This document shows positions 8,842-16,119 of a DNA stretch of 20,000 nt, piece after piece; position 1 is the stretch's first letter, and each line of letters starts with the position of its first letter. The stretch lies in IMG/VR virus record IMGVR_UViG_3300025408_000065; one strand, written 5' to 3'. This DNA is from an uncultured virus (IMG/VR IMGVR_UViG_3300025408_000065). Taxonomy: Duplodnaviria; Heunggongvirae; Uroviricota; Caudoviricetes. The notes under the pieces were generated by a model that did no database searches, was not told the DNA's origin, and was given only the letters and a program-made list of their open reading frames with translations. A program made the translations under genes and the position numbers.

Positions 8842-9267
8842 CTATTCATAGTTTTTCCATTTTATAGAGATAGCATCTATAATTTTATACACTCTACTTC
8901 GAGACATGTTGATAAGGTGCATAAAATCAATAAGTCGTGTTTCATGTAGCAAAAATAGGAATGTCATCCTATTTATATGATCAAGTGAATGATAGAAATC
9001 TTTAGCACGTTTTAGTAATTTTTGATTATTTTCTATATTTTTTTCTATGTACACTATCTTATCCAACCAAAACAATAACTCACTATCTCCTGATGAACGT
9101 GTTCCAGATGATCCAATCCGATCATAGGATACACCTTTGTATCCGATGAGCTTCATATTGTAGAACTCTAGTTTTTCTTGAAGTTCTTTTTCTTTTCTCA
9201 GAGCTCTTCTAACATCATCAATCCATTTATAGAAGGGTTCGTTTAATCCACGATTCGAATGACTCAT
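8842..9267 (-). CDS. ArpU/RinA/DUF1492-like phage transcriptional regulator
   Basis: Start at ATG 9267 after AGGAGG. Coiled coil plus GVSYD and a C-terminal HTH (NMSRSRVYKI). Located at the end of the replication module. Confidence 0.55.
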   Translation of the reverse strand: MSHSNRGLNEPFYKWIDDVRRALRKEKELQEKLEFYNMKLIGYKGVSYDRIGSSGTRSSGDSELLFWLDKIVYIEKNIENNQKLLKRAKDFYHSLDHINRMTFLFLLHETRLIDFMHLINMSRSRVYKIIDAISIKWKNYE

Positions 9268-10141
9268 TGGCTGTTTTCCTCCTGTGTTCAAATTGCTTTA
9301 AGTTATTTTGAATCGAATCTCTCATGAAAGCGAACTTATCTTCTATGGGTGGATTAGGGTTCTTAGAATATTTAACCACATAATTAACTGCAGATAGGAC
9401 ATCCTCAAATCCATACCCACGGATAAGGTCTTCAAATAATATGTTGTATTTAATGATATCTAGTGATGACTCATCCAGGTATTTGCTTTTGATTAAAGAA
9501 TTAGTTATAAAATGTATTTTAGGAAGGCCGTACGGCCCTTTATCTCCTTTATCCTCTTTATCACTTTTTCTTTCTTTTTTCTTTTCTTTTTCTTTTTGTG
9601 TACTTTTGTATACATTAACTCGGTTATTGTCATCATTATCCTGATTATCGTTATCAATAACGCCATTAATGTTAACAGTATCTTGATTATTGTCTACATT
9701 AATATTTTTTGATGTTTTGTTAAAAATACTGAGTTCTAACATCGTTTTTTCATCTAATAACCAGTGCTTGAACTCACCTGTATTTTTCCTTCTTTTGGTA
9801 GATAAAATGAACTGTTTTTGAATAGATTTTGATGTGATCACATTTTCCTTAAGTAGATCGTAGTCAAATAACCCTACCTTACCACAGTAAATGATAATCT
9901 CTTCTATATCAATTGGATTAGGTGTCCAGTTAGCACCAATACTCTTCATAAGTGTTTTTGCTAATGATGAAATTGATTTTTCTAGATAATAGCCATTCGA
10001 GTAAATCATTGATAGTAATCTTATATAGATGATTTCACCTAGATAACCAAAAGCTAGATTGAGATCCTGAATCTTTTCATCTTCGAATATGTTAACGTCA
10101 AGTGGAAAGTATTGTAAGCCTTGTTTGAATGGTCTTGCCAT
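9227..10141 (-). CDS. Phage replication initiator (DUF4373 / Lin1244-like N-terminus)
   Basis: MARPFKQGLQYFPLDV, IYSNGYY and ITSKSIQKQF, followed by a central 7-aa repeat linker and Lys/Glu-rich tract typical of initiators carrying their own origin. Confidence 0.8.
   Translation of the reverse strand: MARPFKQGLQYFPLDVNIFEDEKIQDLNLAFGYLGEIIYIRLLSMIYSNGYYLEKSISSLAKTLMKSIGANWTPNPIDIEEIIIYCGKVGLFDYDLLKENVITSKSIQKQFILSTKRRKNTGEFKHWLLDEKTMLELSIFNKTSKNINVDNNQDTVNINGVIDNDNQDNDDNNRVNVYKSTQKEKEKKKERKSDKEDKGDKGPYGLPKIHFITNSLIKSKYLDESSLDIIKYNILFEDLIRGYGFEDVLSAVNYVVKYSKNPNPPIEDKFAFMRDSIQNNLKQFEHRRKTANESFESWIKRTLL
9599..9703 (-). repeat. Five degenerate 21-bp tandem repeats (putative iterons of the element origin)
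   Basis: Minus-strand units: ATTAATGTAGACAATAATCAA / GATACTGTTAACATTAATGGC / GTTATTGATAACGATAATCAG / GATAATGATGACAATAACCGA / GTTAATGTATACAAAAGTACA. An A-rich tract follows at ~9540-9598. Confidence 0.75.
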
Positions 10142-10262
10142 GAGTATTTCCTTTCCCTAGGTATAGTTGAAAATCGCCATTTTGGGCTTTCACAGAATGA
10201 TACTTGTAAGCCACTTCACGCATACTTAATACACTATTCGCAGTATCTTGTTGTGTAGTTCA

Positions 10263-10289
10263 CATTACTGTTCACAAGCATTATCGGTA
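10263..10289. repeat. 27-bp direct repeat, copy 2 (tyrosine-recombinase core-like)
   Basis: CATTACTGTTCACAAGCATTATCGGTA; 26/27 identical to 3909..3935. Confidence 0.85.
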
Positions 10290-10315
10290 AGTGTGAAGCA
10301 GCTAACAGTTGTCTT

Positions 10316-10507
10316 TTACTTCATGTTTCGTTGAATGAATTCATCTAAGTGTTCTTGAGTCACTCGCCATTGGTTCCCAACTTTGAAAGCCTTGATTTTC
10401 TTGGTCTTGATATACTTTAAAAGAGTCGGTCTCTTAACCTGCAGTATCTCTTGAAGCTCATTCACGCTATAGACATTCTCATTTTTCTTTACGTTGTTTG
10501 TTTCCAT
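10316..10507 (-). CDS. Excisionase-like HTH_17 DNA-binding protein
   Basis: 63 aa: YSVNELQEILQV, TLLKYIK, IKAFKVGNQWRV. Confidence 0.85.
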   Translation of the reverse strand: METNNVKKNENVYSVNELQEILQVKRPTLLKYIKTKKIKAFKVGNQWRVTQEHLDEFIQRNMK

Positions 10508-11222
10508 CGTATTCTTTTAGGATCCTTTCGATGAATGTAATTCCGCCTTTATAGACGTATGTTTTGGTTGACTTGATAACTGTTCCACCCGATACCACTT
10601 TCGCTTCAACAACTCTGAAATACTTCTTATCACAGAAGTCTTGAAAAGGTATGTTCTGTTCATCTAAAACATGAGCAGTTCTAAGAATCTTCAATAAGAC
10701 ATCTCGACCGATATTCTTGAAACGAATCACTTCATGAACCATATCTAGATCAACACAACTCGTCGTACCCAACAAGTTATCAATGGCTTTGATTTTTGGC
10801 GTATTCATTTTGAGTGTTGTCTCGAGGACATTTGCTCTGACTTTTAGTTCTTGAAACTCATCCAGGAACTCGATTACCTTATCTGGATTCTCAAAATCCT
10901 CTATTTGATAGATGCCATAACGGATGAGCTGAGGTAATACGGTACGATATAACCAATCTCCAATCACTTCTGCGTCTTTGCGCTTGGATTGGAAGAATAT
11001 GGTGGATAGGTGGTCTGCTGTAACAAAGAACATATTTTGATGTGTTTTATCGTGGGGAACGCTCACAAGCTTTATACTGGTGTCGTTCAGTTTGGTCCGG
11101 ACTTCTGATACGCTTTTAATCTCAAACATGCGACAGAGATCCTTTAAGTTGAAGCAAGGTTCATCATCCACTATCGTGGCACGAACTTTGCCATAGGCAT
11201 TGTGTTCAAACTCTCTAATCAT
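10479..11222 (-). CDS. Phage antirepressor (BRO-N plus ANT/KilA-C)
   Basis: Likely start ATG 11222. BRO-N shows YGKVR, EPCFNLKDLC, FQSKRKDA and VLPQLIRYG; the C-terminus shows PFQ...YF...KTYVYKGGITFI. Confidence 0.85.
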   Translation of the reverse strand: MIREFEHNAYGKVRATIVDDEPCFNLKDLCRMFEIKSVSEVRTKLNDTSIKLVSVPHDKTHQNMFFVTADHLSTIFFQSKRKDAEVIGDWLYRTVLPQLIRYGIYQIEDFENPDKVIEFLDEFQELKVRANVLETTLKMNTPKIKAIDNLLGTTSCVDLDMVHEVIRFKNIGRDVLLKILRTAHVLDEQNIPFQDFCDKKYFRVVEAKVVSGGTVIKSTKTYVYKGGITFIERILKEYDGNKQRKEK

Positions 11223-11233
11223 AGGTTTTCCCT

Positions 11234-12154
11234 TCACTTTTTCTTTTTGGTAGTTTGGAATAGCGCTGTGCTTATCTGCCACTCAAGATGATTCTTAGCT
11301 TTGCTCAATCGATGAGCATAAATCTTCGTGGTAGATATGTCTTTGTGGCGCATTAATTGCTGTGCTGCATCTAAATCTCCACCCAAGTCCAGCGCTAAAG
11401 AAGCTGCTGTATGCCTAAGGCTATGGGCAGAATACTTGGGATCGTCAATCCCGATATCTCTTAACATTTCCTTGACCACCATACTAATCATTCGTGTCCT
11501 AAGTCTTGTTCCCTGATAGGGTTTTGTATGATTAATGAAGAGTGGTTTATATTCATCATGTCGCTCGATCAAATAGTCTTCAATCAAGCCATACACTTCT
11601 GGAGAGAGTTTGACATACGCATCCTTCTCATCGTGACCTTTACCCATGATGTATAACACCTTGGTTTCATCAACGAAGCTGATATCATCCACATCGGCTC
11701 TTTCCACTTCAATCGTTCTTAATCCTGTCGTTAGTAATAGTGCGATCAATGCATGATCTCTTTTTCCAATGATGCTCTTGCTCGCATAGCGTTTCGCTCT
11801 GTTTAATAGTTTTATAGCCGCTTCAAGAGATAATGATTCCCTCTTAAAGTCGGATTCAATCTTCATACCTTTTACACCTTCAGCTGCATTGGGTCCAAAA
11901 CCTTCAATGTAGTACCATCGATAAAATCCCCTTATGACTACAATGTGTTTTTGAACGGATGCAGCTCTTAGCCTGGACTTCAGTTGTTCACGATAAGCCA
12001 TGACATCTTGCCTGGTTGGTAGGTTAGGCAAGCCATCAGCGAACTCAGCGAACTGGGCAAGCATCTTCCCATAGGATCGCTTGGTGTTTTCTTTGATATC
12101 GAATCTCTGTATATAGATATCGATTATCTCTCGAAAAAAGCCCTTGTCGTCCAT
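11234..12154 (-). CDS. Tyrosine recombinase (Xer-sized, no arm-binding domain)
   Basis: 306 aa with an intact catalytic set: GLRTIE (R), GKG (K), HSLRH, RH, TTKIY (Y). Confidence 0.93.
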   Translation of the reverse strand: MDDKGFFREIIDIYIQRFDIKENTKRSYGKMLAQFAEFADGLPNLPTRQDVMAYREQLKSRLRAASVQKHIVVIRGFYRWYYIEGFGPNAAEGVKGMKIESDFKRESLSLEAAIKLLNRAKRYASKSIIGKRDHALIALLLTTGLRTIEVERADVDDISFVDETKVLYIMGKGHDEKDAYVKLSPEVYGLIEDYLIERHDEYKPLFINHTKPYQGTRLRTRMISMVVKEMLRDIGIDDPKYSAHSLRHTAASLALDLGGDLDAAQQLMRHKDISTTKIYAHRLSKAKNHLEWQISTALFQTTKKKK

Positions 12155-12205
12155 TTTTATCCTTTCAATGGTTTGTATAATTTGAATTGCGTTGTATAAT
12201 CGGAA

Positions 12206-12274
12206 TTGTAGAAGGGCGGTCGCTTTTCTACTGGCCAGGTTTGTACCCCAAATACAAGCTTGGCGTCTTTTTTT
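12206..12274 (+). ncRNA. Putative cis-antisense small RNA in the cro-like / Tyr-recombinase spacer
   Basis: TATAAT at 12195-12200, two hairpins (12208-12231 and 12234-12264) whose mismatches are G-U pairs only on the + strand, then a T7 tract. Confidence 0.6.
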
Positions 12275-12566
12275 ATTTCATCCGATTGAATTCGTTGTGC
12301 TTCTTTACATGTTCACTCTCTAGTTCTAGAAATTTGATCGCGTCGATCTGTAGAACATTAATGAGTTCTAATACGAGTGGAATCGGTAGTTTCTGACCCC
12401 TTCGACCACTTTCTATTTGGTAATAGTAATAGTGCGAGAGATTCAACATCCTTGATACTTCTTCAACCGATAAACCCAGATTGTTTCTATGCTCGATGAG
12501 ATAAAACCTTGGTAGTGGTGTGGCTTGGTCGCGATTCTGAACTTTCCCTGTTCCGTTGACAGGCAT
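12273..12566 (-). CDS. XRE-family HTH regulator (Cro-like position)
   Basis: Start ATG 12566 after AAAGGAGG. LIEHRNNLGLSVEEVS...YYYQIESGRR. Confidence 0.85.
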   Translation of the reverse strand: MPVNGTGKVQNRDQATPLPRFYLIEHRNNLGLSVEEVSRMLNLSHYYYYQIESGRRGQKLPIPLVLELINVLQIDAIKFLELESEHVKKHNEFNRMK

Positions 12567-12734
12567 GTACTTTCCTCCTTTCGCTAAATTCGATGGTGCC
12601 TTGATTATATGAGAAAGCAATCCGTCAAAAAATAACTTGGAGAAGCGAAATCACAACAGCAACAAAAAGAGTTTTCAAATAGCAGAAAACCCTCATTTTT
12701 ACGATTAAATTGATAGTTAATGTCATCAGTAACA

Positions 12735-12764
12735 TTGACTTGTAAACATTTGTTGTGGTATCAT
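12735..12764 (+). promoter_or_regulatory. Promoter of the repressor gene
   Basis: TTGACT-18 nt-TATCAT with an extended -10 TG. Confidence 0.55.
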
Positions 12765-12801
12765 TCTTGCGAAAATATACGAATGTGAAGAGGTGACCTC
12801 C

Positions 12802-13398
12802 ATGGTTAAATTAAACACCGAAGATGATTTTAATAATTTGTTCATCTGTGAGAATTTGAAACGTTTGCGTGTCTCACACAATTTATCAACAACCCAGGTA
12901 GCTAGCGTCATAAAAAAATCCCGCCAAGGCTATCTCAATTACGAGAATGGCTCCAGGGAGATTGGAATACACGATTTAATTAAGCTATCACAGTTCTATG
13001 GTGTTTCGATTGATCACATAACCGGTAATCCATTCTCGAACAGGATTAGTCACACGCTCGCATTTAGAACCTACGAGATGGTAGATAATGAACTCAAGCA
13101 AGTCCTGCCTTATAATATCAATGCAGAAAACGATGATGTCATCCTGGTGAGATATAGCGAGCATAAAATTGACTTCTTCTGGCGAACTCAAACCTATCAC
13201 AAGAATCAAGTGATGCTCTTTTCATACTATAACCGGCACTATGTCTCTAAGATATTTTACAACATAGATGGCGGAGGTTGTTTCTTTATTCTTGATGAAA
13301 TGTTTAACTTTACAAAAGCACAGTCAGAAAACCTTATTATACACGGTATTCATGCAGGTACAATTTCAAAGAATTTTCAAATTCCTAACTTCTTATAA
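12802..13398 (+). CDS. XRE-family repressor (CI-like position) with unrecognised C-terminal domain
   Basis: ATG 12802 after GAGGTG. LKRLRVSHNLSTTQVA...YLNYENGSRE...YGVSIDHI. Divergent from the Cro-like gene. Confidence 0.85.
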   Translation: MVKLNTEDDFNNLFICENLKRLRVSHNLSTTQVASVIKKSRQGYLNYENGSREIGIHDLIKLSQFYGVSIDHITGNPFSNRISHTLAFRTYEMVDNELKQVLPYNINAENDDVILVRYSEHKIDFFWRTQTYHKNQVMLFSYYNRHYVSKIFYNIDGGGCFFILDEMFNFTKAQSENLIIHGIHAGTISKNFQIPNFL

Positions 13399-13413
13399 AC
13401 CTTACAATACGTT

Positions 13414-13457
13414 TGTGCCACTGGCATGTAGTTTTAAATTTTCATTAGTGATAAACT
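13414..13457 (+). promoter_or_regulatory. Promoter with palindromic operator abutting -35, copy B
   Basis: TGTGCCACTGGCATG-TAGTTT-17 nt-TAAACT (TGn extended -10); same spacing as copy A. Confidence 0.7.
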
Positions 13458-13460
13458 ACT

Positions 13461-13551
13461 GTTGGTAGGTTAGGCAGCGTCACAAACTCAGTGCTCATAA
13501 GGCACGCACTTTCCCTAGGGATTGCTATGGCAATTCCTTTTTTTCTTTTTA
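13461..13551 (+). ncRNA. Terminator-ended leader/sRNA complementary to the Tyr recombinase mRNA
   Basis: Begins just after the -10 box and ends in AGGGATTGC-TATG-GCAATTCCT plus a T tract. 13461-13530 aligns with 12015-12084. Confidence 0.65.
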
Positions 13552-13570
13552 TCCTTTAGAAAGGATACCA

Positions 13571-13753
13571 ATGAATAAGGCTACGATCGTTACCGATCAA
13601 ATGAAATACGATTACTCAGTTAGGATAGCTTTTAACCTTTATATGGAAAAGCTTCTCACTGAAAGTGAATACAAAGAAATCCTGTCCAGATTGAAACAAC
13701 AATACAACATAACCTTTATTACATCAGAAAGCAATGAAATAGTTGAGAATTGA
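13571..13753 (+). CDS. Small SHOCT-like protein upstream of the serine recombinase (possible accessory/directionality factor)
   Basis: 60 aa, RBS AAAGGA. LYMEKLLTESEYKEI...LKQQY resembles small proteins commonly found ahead of large serine recombinases. Confidence 0.65.
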   Translation: MNKATIVTDQMKYDYSVRIAFNLYMEKLLTESEYKEILSRLKQQYNITFITSESNEIVEN

Positions 13754-13786
13754 CTTGCTATTCATTGCTTTTAGAGTGATGTATAT
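13747..13786 (+). promoter_or_regulatory. Conserved 40-bp promoter-like motif, copy 2 (upstream of the serine recombinase)
   Basis: GAATTGACTTGCTATTCATTGCTTTTAGAGTGATGTATAT; 36/40 identical to the minus-strand copy at 1878..1917. Confidence 0.75.
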
Positions 13787-13809
13787 GTACTAACCAAGGA
13801 GGTAAAATA

Positions 13810-15528
13810 ATGCAAAACAAACAAGTTAGAGTCATACAACCAAAACCAGTGTTCGATTTATCAGGAACCATACCCAAGAACCTCAAAAAGCGCGTGTGTG
13901 CCTACGTTCGGGTGTCCACCGATAATGAGGAACAGAAAACGAGTTACATCGCTCAAACCGACGAATACACAGAAAGGATTCAAAATAACCCTGAATGGAC
14001 ATTCTGTGGTATCTATGCAGACGAGGGCATCAGCGGTACTTCCACTAAGCACAGGAAGCAGTTCAATAATATGATGGATGCTGCAAAGCGTGGTGAAATC
14101 GATTTGATCATGACGAAGTCAATCTCACGCTTCGCTAGAAACACAGTTGATTGCCTTAACTACATCAGAGAGATGCGAGCAATCAATGTTGAGATCTTCT
14201 TTGAAAAAGAAAACATCTACTCCTCAGACCCAAAGGTGGACTTCTTATTAACCATCATGTCATCCATCGCCCAAGAGGAAGCTAGAAACGTGAGCGAGAA
14301 CGTCAAATGGAATGTTCAAAAGCGCTTCAACAATAGCGTTCCAATTGTGAATCACAACAGGTTCTTAGGTTATACCAAAGACAAACGAGGTGGCAACTTA
14401 ATCGTTGTTCCTGAAGAAGCTAAAATCGTCCGTGAAATCTTCCAAATGTATGTGAGTGGAATCGGACCGATGAAGATTGCAAAGCACATGGAATCCTTAG
14501 GTGCTACCACCGGTGCTGGTGCAACCAAATGGAGTATGTCCACAGTCGCAGTTATTCTTAAGAACGAAAAATACATCGGTGATTTGGTTCAACAGAAAAC
14601 ACTCACGGTTGATTACCTTTCACATAAGAAAGTTAAGAATAAAGAACTCGCTCCGATGTATCACACCGAGAATGCGCATGAAGCAATCATCGATAGAGAA
14701 ACATTCCTCCTTGCTCAAAGGATCAGAGAGGATCGTAGCAAGGTAAAAGTTGGTAAAGATAAGAACCTGGCCAAGTACAATTTCACTTATCCATTCTCAG
14801 CATTTATCGTTTGCTCAGAGTGTGGTCGAACCTTAAAGAGACGTTATTGGAATTACGGCACACCAGCTCAAAGAGTTATGCAACAATGTGGTGGATATAT
14901 CGATGGTAAAGCTCACTGTAAGGCTAAGGCAACTTATCAAGAGATGATTGAAGGAGCGACTGTGAAAATGCTAAACGAGGTGTTTTTACAGGAAAAGGAT
15001 ATCATTCCAAACATCCAGAAAATCATCAAATCGACCATACGAGTTAGCGATGTTGAAATCAAGATTCAGAAGCTTCAAACACAAGGCGATGAGCTTGAGA
15101 GAATGATATCAAACCTCATTGATGTTCAAGTGAAGAATCCTAATCTTTCCCAGGAGGATTTCAATAGCAAATACCAATCATTGACCTTGCAGCTACACAA
15201 TAACAAAACCGAGATTAGAAAACTTGAAGGAGAGTACTTAACGAACTACGATACACGTTCAAGACTTGCGAAGATTGAAACAACGCTCAACAATTTACTA
15301 GAACCGATTCAGGAAGTTGATAGTGACACCTTACGCTCATTTATCTACAAGATCATCTCAGTAACACCTGAAAACATCGTCTTCTGTGTGGCAGGAACCA
15401 AGAATTATACTGATAAAGAATTCTCAGAAAATAGACATACTTTTGAAGCACTAAAACCACTAGCAACTGGTACTTATCACAACGAAAAGTATGATAAGAT
15501 TATGAATTATAAGGTCGTTATTATCTAA
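13810..15528 (+). CDS. Large serine recombinase (integrase)
   Basis: YVRVST catalytic Ser, DEGISGT, KSISRFARN, recombinase domain (LGY...NEKYIG...HEAII), Zn ribbon CSECG...C...C and a coiled coil. RBS AAGGAGGT. Confidence 0.96.
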   Translation: MQNKQVRVIQPKPVFDLSGTIPKNLKKRVCAYVRVSTDNEEQKTSYIAQTDEYTERIQNNPEWTFCGIYADEGISGTSTKHRKQFNNMMDAAKRGEIDLIMTKSISRFARNTVDCLNYIREMRAINVEIFFEKENIYSSDPKVDFLLTIMSSIAQEEARNVSENVKWNVQKRFNNSVPIVNHNRFLGYTKDKRGGNLIVVPEEAKIVREIFQMYVSGIGPMKIAKHMESLGATTGAGATKWSMSTVAVILKNEKYIGDLVQQKTLTVDYLSHKKVKNKELAPMYHTENAHEAIIDRETFLLAQRIREDRSKVKVGKDKNLAKYNFTYPFSAFIVCSECGRTLKRRYWNYGTPAQRVMQQCGGYIDGKAHCKAKATYQEMIEGATVKMLNEVFLQEKDIIPNIQKIIKSTIRVSDVEIKIQKLQTQGDELERMISNLIDVQVKNPNLSQEDFNSKYQSLTLQLHNNKTEIRKLEGEYLTNYDTRSRLAKIETTLNNLLEPIQEVDSDTLRSFIYKIISVTPENIVFCVAGTKNYTDKEFSENRHTFEALKPLATGTYHNEKYDKIMNYKVVII

Positions 15529-15635
15529 TTTTTTTTGAAGCAAAATATGTTGCGTAAGACAACCATTCGGACAAAAAAGGGCATTTTTCATCAAAAAATA
15601 TGTTCCCACAATGGACGAAATTTGCACATATAGAC

Positions 15636-15676
15636 AAAAAAAGCCATCGGATACCCATGAAGGTCGTCTGATGGCT
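15636..15676 (-). terminator. Intrinsic terminator facing the recombinase 3' end
   Basis: Minus strand AGCCATCAGA...TCCGATGGCT followed by TTTTTT. Confidence 0.55.
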
Positions 15677-16119
15677 GATTCTTATTAATTTGGGTCAAAA
15701 ATAGAGTGTTGTCAAGTATGTGTCAAGTATATAACAAGTGTTATTTTAATGAAAGCAACGTGATAGACTCTACATGCGTTGAAAAAACCAAATTGCTTGC
15801 AAAATCAACCTTGTGTGTATTGAAGTAACATCAAAAACGGCTTAAATATGTTTCCCCTTACATGCTTGAAAACCGTCTATAATACCAAAGAAACATATTT
15901 TTTGATTTTTACTATTAAATTATTAGATCAAAGTACCATCGTTGATTTCTACATCAAAAGATTGATTTGTAGGGTATAAATCCCCTTTACTTAACTGTTT
16001 AAGGTAATCGATGTTAAAACAATTTAGCACCCTAAAATTATAGCTTTACCAAGAGGATAATCGAAAGCAACTATTGAATAAGTCTTATATATACCAATTC
16101 AGTTCTGCCTAATTAATGA

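Larger units (their letters stand above)
1..15900. mobile_element. Right arm of a prophage-like integrative element with a serine integrase; left end outside the window, right end approximate
   Basis: Gene order is serine recombinase | divergent XRE pair | Tyr recombinase, antirepressor, HTH, replication initiator, ArpU-like, terS-like, ParB-MTase, metK. This is a lysogeny-replication-packaging layout. The att site was not identified; it is assumed to lie between 15529 and 16119. Confidence 0.8.

Noticed and set aside
11172..11230. Patchy similarity between the terS leader and the antisense of the antirepressor 5' end (CGTGG, GCC.TAG, AAACTCTC)
   Set aside because: Needs large gaps and the longest block is 8 nt; compatible with chance.
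12604..12628. TTGACG...TATAAT leftward promoter for the cro-like gene
   Set aside because: Spacer is only 13 nt; the -10 may be real but the pairing is unsupported.
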